Shown one piece after another: positions 8,437-13,953 of a stretch of 13,953 bases of DNA; within the stretch, counting starts at the first letter, position 1, and each line of letters starts with the position of its first letter. The notes beneath the pieces were generated by a model that saw only the letters and a list, made by a program, of their open reading frames with translations, had not been told where the DNA came from and made no database searches. The stretch is from NCBI GenBank assembly GCA_037446635.1, contig JBBIIG010000087.1, positions 1 to 13,953 on the forward strand, read 5' to 3'. This stretch comes from a bacterium (GTDB lineage Bacteria > Zhuqueibacterota > Zhuqueibacteria > Oceanimicrobiales > Oceanimicrobiaceae). The translations under genes and the position numbers were made by a program.

Positions 8437-9750
8437 TTAACTAAATCTCTGCAGCACGTCGTGCAAATTGGGCCGGCCGATCTCTTGCAATTCATAGGTT
8501 ACGCGCACAGCCGGTTTGTTGATGTTAATGATTTTGCGCAGGTCGATGGGGGTGCCGATGATCACCGCATCACAATCGGTATTGTTGATGGTGGCTTCGA
8601 GATCTTTGATTTGTTTCGCGCCGTAGCCCATCGCGGGCAGCAACATGCCGATTTCGGGGTATTTTTCGAACGTGTCAATCAGCGAGCCGACGAGGAACGG
8701 CCGCGGATCCACCAGCTCCGAGGCGCCGAAGCGTTCGGCCGCCACCACGGCAGCGCCGAAATCCATTTCGCCGTGCGTGAGGGTCGGGCCGTCTTCAACC
8801 GCCAAAACGCGTTTGCCTTTGATGATTTCGGAATCTTCGATAAAAATGGGCGAGGCGGCATCGATGATCACCGCGTCGGGATTGCGGTCGCGGATGTTGG
8901 CGCGCACCTGCTCGATGTCTTCGAGGGCAGCCGACGTTTCTTTATTAATAATGACCACGTCGGCCATGATCAAATTGGTTTCGCCGGGATAATACGTAAG
9001 TTCGTGGCCCGGGCGCAGGGGGTCGGCCACTACGATGTGCAAATCAGGTTTAAAAAATGGCGTATCGTTGTTGCCGCCGTCCCAGATCACGATGTCGGCC
9101 TCGGCCTGCGCCTGTTCTAAAATTTCTTTGTAATCGTTGCCGGCGTAAACGATGTTGCCCATCGCCAAGTGGGGTTCATATTCTTCGCGCTCTTCGATGG
9201 TGCAGTTGTGGCGCTCTAAATCCTGATACGCCTCAAAGCGCTGGCAGCGCTGCGCCGCTAAATCGCCGTAGGGCATGGGATGGCGGACGACAACCAGCTT
9301 CTTGCCCATTTCCTTCAATATTTTCGTCACTCGGCGAGTGGTCTGACTTTTACCGCAGCCCGTGCGCACGGCGCAAATCGCAATAACCGGCTTGCTGCTG
9401 GTCAACATGGTATTTTGTGCGCTCAACAAAACGAAATCGGCGCCAGCCGCGGTGGCTAACGCCGCTTTGTGTTGTACGGCCTCATAAGAGACGTCGCTGT
9501 ACGCAAATACCACCTCATCCACTTTGTACGCCTGGATGAGACGAATTAATTCTTCCTCGTGATAAATGGGAATTCCTTTTGGGTACAAATTGCCGGCTAA
9601 CTCGGCCGGGTAGGTTCGCCCTTCGATATCAGGGATTTGAGTCGCCGTGAAGGCTACAACCTCACAGTTTTCATTATCCTTATATCGCATATTGAAATTG
9701 TGAAAATCCCTTCCCGCGGCGCCCATGATTATGACCCTGCGGCGAACCAT
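8437..9750 (-). CDS. arcE: Cyclic 2,3-diphosphoglycerate synthetase-like P-loop protein ('predicted GTPase'); probable arginine synthetase ArcE
   Basis: 437 aa; MGAAGRDFHNFN, AFTATQIP, P-loop AVRTGCGKSQT, RHPMPYGDL, TIEEREEYE, WDGGNND, VEDGPTLTHG and LPAMGY; lies 21 nt upstream of carbamate kinase; SD AGGAGG at 9755-9760. Confidence 0.75.
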   Translation of the reverse strand: MVRRRVIIMGAAGRDFHNFNMRYKDNENCEVVAFTATQIPDIEGRTYPAELAGNLYPKGIPIYHEEELIRLIQAYKVDEVVFAYSDVSYEAVQHKAALATAAGADFVLLSAQNTMLTSSKPVIAICAVRTGCGKSQTTRRVTKILKEMGKKLVVVRHPMPYGDLAAQRCQRFEAYQDLERHNCTIEEREEYEPHLAMGNIVYAGNDYKEILEQAQAEADIVIWDGGNNDTPFFKPDLHIVVADPLRPGHELTYYPGETNLIMADVVIINKETSAALEDIEQVRANIRDRNPDAVIIDAASPIFIEDSEIIKGKRVLAVEDGPTLTHGEMDFGAAVVAAERFGASELVDPRPFLVGSLIDTFEKYPEIGMLLPAMGYGAKQIKDLEATINNTDCDAVIIGTPIDLRKIININKPAVRVTYELQEIGRPNLHDVLQRFS

Positions 9751-9800
9751 ATAACCTCCTGCTCAATTGTTCCAAATTCAAATGACAAAGAAGGCGCGAA

Positions 9801-9829
9801 AATATAGCATTTCATTCCAAAAATTGCAA
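9801..9829 (-). promoter_or_regulatory. Sigma70-type promoter (extended -10) for arcE-arcC
   Basis: Minus strand reads TTGCAA-17 nt-TATATT with TG one base before the -10; about 50 nt upstream of the arcE ATG. Confidence 0.7.
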
Positions 9830-10063
9830 GGGGTTTTTGGCTGGTGGAATGAAGCTGACCCCTTCGAGCCGATTAAAAACACTGAGCGCTGCTCCAACGC
9901 TGCTATTCGACAAATTGCTCAGAAATTTACCAATTACAAATTTCTCTGGCCGATTTTTGACCATAAAATCTGTGATGATATCTTCCTATTACGGAAAACT
10001 TGCCGACAAACCACCTCGGCTTGGAGAAAGCCGGCACAGAATGCGAGTGGCTTAATTTCTTAA

Positions 10064-10085
10064 AAATATGAATATTATCACAAAG
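10064..10085. promoter_or_regulatory. Crp/ArcR- or Rex-like palindromic operator candidate
   Basis: AAA-TATGA-ATATTA-TCACA-AAG is one mismatch from the TGTGA-N6-TCACA core. Confidence 0.35.
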
Positions 10086-10137
10086 AGAAAAAGTTGTAAA
10101 AATTAGCGGCTCTCCGGCCCGCGCAATTTTTACCTAA

Positions 10138-10154
10138 TTGGCATAAATGTTGCG
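10138..10154 (+). promoter_or_regulatory. Sigma54 (-24/-12) promoter for the response regulator
   Basis: TTGGCATAAATGTTGCG has GG (10140-41), N10, GC (10152-53), matching TGGCAC-N5-TTGC except at one base; correct orientation, about 150 nt upstream of the ATG. Confidence 0.6.
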
Positions 10155-10210
10155 AAAATTAACGCCACATTTCACGAATTTAAAATTATTCTCCTTCGCG
10201 CTGCTACATC

Positions 10211-10241
10211 AAAAGCCTCACGTTGAGCTTCAGCGTGAGGC
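10211..10241 (-). terminator. Strong hairpin; possible minus-strand intrinsic terminator or a 5'-UTR structure of the regulator mRNA
   Basis: GCCTCACGTTGA-GCT-TCAGCGTGAGGC (12-bp stem, one G-U on +), preceded by AAAA, which gives a short U tract on the minus strand. Confidence 0.4.
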
Positions 10242-10300
10242 ACGGTATATTGGGCAATCAACCGTTTTCAATTCCTAACCAGAATCTTTGGAGGCCAGCT

Positions 10301-10996
10301 ATGGAAAAGGTGGAAATGGGTAACGTCATCTTTTTTGACAAATCACTTTTGAATGGGGGTTGTGCTTTAGATGACATGCTCTCGAAAGAGGGATTTTTCA
10401 CTTCCCATTTTGAAGATTTCGACAGCGCGCTCGAAATTGCCGTTCGAGAAAAGCCAACGGTTATCGTCATCGATTTGGATGAGGCGGGCGCCCAGGGTTG
10501 GGCCACCTGTATGGAACTCAAAGAGGATATCGCTGCCAAAAACAGCGGCCTCATTCTACTGTCTTCCGATAAAAACGAAACGGTGAAAATCAGAGGTTTG
10601 GAGATGGGCGCCGACGATTTTATCGTCAAGCCTTACAGCAAACGGGAGCTGGTAGCTCGCATCAAAGCGGTGAGCCGACGACTGAGCGCGGGCGTCAGCA
10701 AAAAAATCAAAGTCAAAGATATCGAAATCAATTTGGATGAACACCGCGTCAGCAAAGCCGGCAAGCCCATTGATTTGACCTATATTCAATTCAAGCTCCT
10801 CTACTTGCTGGCGTCGCGGCGCATGAACGTTTTCTCAAGGAAAGAAATTCTGGAAAAAGTTTGGGGCAAAAAAGTCTTTGTGACCAATCGCACCGTCGAT
10901 GTTCACATCAAAAGACTGCGCGAAAAGTTAGGCGAATTCAAATATCCGTCGCAGTATATCGAAACCATTCATGGCACAGGATACCGTTTCCTCTAA
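10301..10996 (+). CDS. OmpR/PhoB-family response regulator (atypical receiver plus winged helix), orphan
   Basis: GLEMGADDFIVKP, ELVARIKA, SRKEILEKVWG, RTVDVHIKRLREKLG and IETIHGTGYRF; ATG 10301 has SD GGAGG at 10290-10294 (the ORF-track TTG at 10223 sits inside a hairpin). Confidence 0.9.
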   Translation: MEKVEMGNVIFFDKSLLNGGCALDDMLSKEGFFTSHFEDFDSALEIAVREKPTVIVIDLDEAGAQGWATCMELKEDIAAKNSGLILLSSDKNETVKIRGLEMGADDFIVKPYSKRELVARIKAVSRRLSAGVSKKIKVKDIEINLDEHRVSKAGKPIDLTYIQFKLLYLLASRRMNVFSRKEILEKVWGKKVFVTNRTVDVHIKRLREKLGEFKYPSQYIETIHGTGYRFL

Positions 10997-11021
10997 TACC
11001 TCATTTTTTTTCCTCCCTCCG

Positions 11022-11055
11022 GCCCCTGGCAGCAGTGCTAGGGGCTTTTTATTTT
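11022..11055 (+). terminator. Rho-independent terminator of the response regulator
   Basis: GCCCCTGGCA-GCAG-TGCTAGGGGC (10-bp stem, one G-U) followed by TTTTTATTTT, 25 nt after the stop codon. Confidence 0.8.
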
Positions 11056-11732
11056 CTTCCGTTCCGAACAATTTTCCAGCGAAACCCCTGAAAAAATTTG
11101 TCATCAAAAAAGCCGATGCGGAAGGGCGGCGTCTGCTGCAAGCGCAATTTGATGGCGATCGCTTTGGCGGCGTTCGTTCTGTTGAACAGCACCCGCAGTG
11201 GAATCTGCACCTCCATTTCATCAGCGGGGAGGCGCGCTGATTTTTGAGACGGCTCCGAGATATTAAAAATCAAACGCTGGGGATGATAGAGATTCTGCGA
11301 GCCGTCTTCGAGAGTGACAATTAAATTCGTTTGCAAAAAATCAATCAGCCGTTCTTTCGACCAGCCGGAATGAAACGGCATGCGCAAATCGAGCGCAAAA
11401 ATAAAATAGCTCTGATGCTGCTGCTCCAGCTCCTCCAGTCGTTTTTTAAATTCTTCGGCGGAGAAACCAGCGTCGCGGCCCGCAGCTGCCAACTCTAAAC
11501 GATCCACCTCCGGTAAAATCCAGTAAACCGAGGTGCTGCGATTAAAAATGGCGTCCCCAAATTGTGCGCCCCTCACCTTTTCCAACAGCTGGGCGAACTG
11601 ATCGGCAGCGATGGTGTTTTTTTCCTCGAAAGCCGTGTCGGGTTCGCGCGCAAAATCGAGTTGTGAGTCGCGGATTTTAGGCGCTGCAGCGCAGCCGAGC
11701 AGGACTAAAGATAAAGCAACAATTCTTTTCAT
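11049..11732 (-). CDS. Hypothetical lipoprotein
   Basis: 227 aa; MKR, a hydrophobic stretch and a lipobox LLG-C (Cys14); no domain recognised. Confidence 0.7.
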   Translation of the reverse strand: MKRIVALSLVLLGCAAAPKIRDSQLDFAREPDTAFEEKNTIAADQFAQLLEKVRGAQFGDAIFNRSTSVYWILPEVDRLELAAAGRDAGFSAEEFKKRLEELEQQHQSYFIFALDLRMPFHSGWSKERLIDFLQTNLIVTLEDGSQNLYHPQRLIFNISEPSQKSARLPADEMEVQIPLRVLFNRTNAAKAIAIKLRLQQTPPFRIGFFDDKFFQGFRWKIVRNGRK

Positions 11733-11770
11733 GACTGCGGAAATTTTCTTAACACGTTCCCGGCTTTAAA

Positions 11771-11806
11771 ATGGATTAATGGAATTTGGTCTTTACATTG
11801 ATTCAT
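11771..11806. repeat. Second copy of the ATGGATTAATG...CATTGATYCAT inverted repeat
   Basis: ATGGATTAATG-14 nt-CATTGATTCAT; arms match those at 5103-5136 except for one base. Confidence 0.65.
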
Positions 11807-11847
11807 ATCGTAACGACTTAAATTTCTCCGTACTTAGAACTTGTTAG

Positions 11848-11974
11848 CAGACCGCTTGGAAATGTATTTCCAAGCTAATAGCCTTAAGGCTTAATAAATT
11901 AAGCTGCTGCTGTCTATAGTCGATTTCAATCGACTTCAGCAAATTAGCCTGATGATTCATCATCAGGCGATCTG
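11848..11974. repeat. REPIN-like inverted doublet containing four palindromes
   Basis: Palindromes at 11854-11875, 11889-11904, 11918-11935 and 11947-11968; the left half is a diverged inverted copy of the right half. Confidence 0.8.
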
Positions 11975-12008
11975 AAGATTTTTACAATAGTTAAGTGGCT
12001 TATTCAGA

Positions 12009-13814
12009 TCAAGCAGCCTTTTGTTTTTGTTCCTGAGAAGCGTACTGCAACTGATACAACTTGTAGTAAATGCCCTCTTTGGCCAGCAGCTCCTGGTGGC
12101 TGCCCACTTCTCGAATTTCACCTTTGTGCATGACGATGATGCGGTCGGCGTTTTGGATAGTGGAAAGCCGATGCGCCACCACCAGCGAGGTGCGGTTTTG
12201 CATCAACCGTTCTAACGCTTGCTGGATCAAGATTTCGGTCTCCGTGTCCACGCTGGAAGTGGCCTCGTCCAAAATCAACACCGCCGGATCGAACGCCAGC
12301 GCCCGCGCAAACGCCAGCAGTTGCCGCTGGCCCACGGACAGACTTTTGCCCCGCTCCTGAACTTCCTGATTGTATTTCTCCGGCAACTTTTCGATGAAAT
12401 AATCCGCGTGCACGTCGCGCGCCGCCTGCCGCATTCTCTCATCGGCGATCTCAGAATTTCCCAATTTGATATTGTGCGCCACCGTGCCATCGAAAATGAA
12501 CACGTCCTGCAAAACGATGGCAAAATGCCGGCGCAATTCCAAAGAGTTGATATCTTGAATGTTCACGCCGTCAAACAAAATCTCACCGCGCTGAATTTCA
12601 TAAAACCGCAGCAGCACATTGGTGATCGAAGTTTTGCCGGCGCCGGTCGCGCCCACCAACGCCACCCGCTCCCCTGGCCGCACTCGAAAGGAGACATTTT
12701 TCAAAACATAATCTTCGCCTTGATACGCAAACCAGACGTTGCGAAACTCAATCTCGCCGCGCGCTTTTGGCAAAGAACGGCCGCTAAGTTGCAAGCCAGT
12801 CTCCGGCTTCACGTCCAGCAGCGCAAAAATGCGTTCCGATGCCGCCATTGCCGACTGCATGATGTTGTATTTCTCCGCCAACTCCATGATGGGACGAAAG
12901 AACATTTCCGCATATTGAATGAACGCCACCAGCGCGCCGAAGGTCAACGCGCCGGCTAAAATGCGGCCGCCGCCGTACCAAATGATCAGCGCGATGGCGA
13001 TGGAGCTGATCAAATTCACTGCCGGGTAAAACCAGGAATAATAAAAAACGGTTTTCAAGTACGCATCCTGGTGATCGCGGTTCAATCCATCAAATGTGTC
13101 GAAGCTCTTTTTTTCGCGATTGAAAATCTGCACCACCGACATGCCGGTGATGTGTTCCTGCAAAAAAGAATTGATGCGCGCAATCCGCACCCTGATCAAG
13201 CGATAGTTCTCGCGAATCAATTTTTGAAACAGGAACGAAACGCCGAACAGCAGCGGCAGCACCGAGAAGGTCACCAGCGCCAATTTCCAGTTGACGCTCA
13301 GCAAAACGATCACGATGCCAACCAGCTTGAAGACGTCGCCGAAAATCGCCACCGCTCCCGACGACAGCATTTCGTTGAGACTTTGCACGTCGTTGGTGAC
13401 GCGAGTGACCAATCGCCCCACAGGATTCTTATCGAAAAACGAGATTGGCAGACTCTGCAGGTGAGTAAAAATCTCGCTGCGCATATCAAACATCGCCTTC
13501 TGGCCGATCCAGTTGATGACGTACGTTTCCACCACGCCCACCACAAACTCGATGATCAAAATCGCCACAAAAATCAAACAGACGAAATTCAATCCCGCGA
13601 GATCTTTTTTGGCGATGTAGCGGTCGATGCCGATCTTGGTCAAAAACGGCCCGGCCAATTGCAGCAGCATCGCCAGAAACAGTATCGTCACCGCGAATGC
13701 GACCTGAAAACGATAAGGCTTGAGATAGGCAAGCAGCCGCCGCATCAAGCGACTGTCGTACGATTTATCCAGCGCTTCTTCTTCGTGAATGTTGGTGTTT
13801 TCGTCCAAGTTCAA
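12009..13814 (-). CDS. ABC exporter half-transporter, fused TMD-NBD (MdlB/YheH type, probably a heterodimer subunit)
   Basis: N-terminal hydrophobic helices, FFDKNPVGRLVTRVTNDV, Walker A GATGAGKT, signature LSVGQRQ, Walker B LILDEATS and AHRLST. Start is TTG 13814, or TTG 13808, which has better spacing to GGAG. Confidence 0.93.
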   Translation of the reverse strand: MNLDENTNIHEEEALDKSYDSRLMRRLLAYLKPYRFQVAFAVTILFLAMLLQLAGPFLTKIGIDRYIAKKDLAGLNFVCLIFVAILIIEFVVGVVETYVINWIGQKAMFDMRSEIFTHLQSLPISFFDKNPVGRLVTRVTNDVQSLNEMLSSGAVAIFGDVFKLVGIVIVLLSVNWKLALVTFSVLPLLFGVSFLFQKLIRENYRLIRVRIARINSFLQEHITGMSVVQIFNREKKSFDTFDGLNRDHQDAYLKTVFYYSWFYPAVNLISSIAIALIIWYGGGRILAGALTFGALVAFIQYAEMFFRPIMELAEKYNIMQSAMAASERIFALLDVKPETGLQLSGRSLPKARGEIEFRNVWFAYQGEDYVLKNVSFRVRPGERVALVGATGAGKTSITNVLLRFYEIQRGEILFDGVNIQDINSLELRRHFAIVLQDVFIFDGTVAHNIKLGNSEIADERMRQAARDVHADYFIEKLPEKYNQEVQERGKSLSVGQRQLLAFARALAFDPAVLILDEATSSVDTETEILIQQALERLMQNRTSLVVAHRLSTIQNADRIIVMHKGEIREVGSHQELLAKEGIYYKLYQLQYASQEQKQKAA

Positions 13815-13831
13815 ACTCCAGTGATTATATC

Positions 13832-13953
13832 TTTGGAGTGCTGAAGCCCTGCTTCAGCACTCACCGCACTGCGCGAGCACGGCTCGCGCACTCCCAAAGC
13901 ACTGCGCGAGCACGGCTCGCGCACTCCCAAAGCACTGCGCGAGCACGGCTCGC
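13832..13953. repeat. REP-like palindrome cluster: one copy plus an inverted 33-bp unit in perfect tandem (2 full and 1 truncated at the window end)
   Basis: Hairpin GAGTGCTGAAGC-CCT-GCTTCAGCACTC (13836-13862); unit GCACTGCGCGAGCACGGCTCGCGCACTCCCAAA at 13866, 13899 and 13932, each with a 9-bp stem and 3-nt loop. Confidence 0.85.

Noticed and set aside
70..9386. Long + strand ORFs (e.g. 437-1477, 1592-2170, 7603-8121, 8461-9120) and alternative-frame minus-strand ORFs
   Set aside because: They overlap well-conserved genes and show no recognisable motifs; such shadow ORFs are expected from GC-rich codon bias.
9990..10050. Possible riboswitch (c-di-GMP-like) around the CGGCTT-GGAGA-AAGCCG hairpin
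   Set aside because: Only a short stem; the conserved aptamer motifs are not recognisable.
9767..10063. 98-aa and 72-aa ORFs in the divergent intergenic region
   Set aside because: No clear SD or motif, and the longer one overlaps the arcE promoter; a small peptide cannot be fully excluded.
10238..10254. Second sigma54-like motif AGGCACGGTATATTGGG
   Set aside because: Lacks GC at the required GG-N10-GC spacing and overlaps the hairpin arm.
13824..13829. Perfect TATAAT on the minus strand just upstream of the ABC gene
   Set aside because: No -35 or extended -10, and very little room for a leader; not enough support.
12021..13844. + strand ORFs 12219-12959 and 13071-13844
   Set aside because: Antisense shadows of the ABC transporter with no independent evidence.
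13866..13953. 33-bp palindromic repeats as a CRISPR array
   Set aside because: Units are directly adjacent with no spacers, there are no cas genes, and an inverted diverged copy sits next to them, which fits REP/VNTR.

Overview
Bacterial chromosomal window, about 50-55% GC in genes with AT-rich intergenic DNA, mostly transcribed on the minus strand. In transcription order (right to left) it holds: an ABC exporter half-transporter (MdlB/YheH type); a hypothetical lipoprotein; an orphan OmpR/PhoB-family response regulator on the + strand; an energy block made of a cDPG-synthetase-like/'predicted GTPase' protein best read as arginine synthetase ArcE, then carbamate kinase arcC, sucC, sucD and ndk; and the conserved yceD-rpmF-plsX-fabH-fabD-fabG operon. 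Main points of interest: (1) an arcE-arcC pair with no arcA or arcB in view, directly upstream of other substrate-level phosphorylation genes; (2) fabD appears to start at a non-canonical ATC codon and is in frame with fabH; (3) a good sigma54 -24/-12 promoter and a Crp/ArcR/Rex-like box in the divergent arcE/regulator region, with a regulator whose receiver domain is degenerate; (4) several intergenic gaps carry different palindromic or short-period repeats, including a four-hairpin inverted doublet with eight compensatory base-pair changes. No rRNA, tRNA, CRISPR array, transposase or phage gene was recognised. All calls come from reading the sequence and recalled family motifs; no searches were run.
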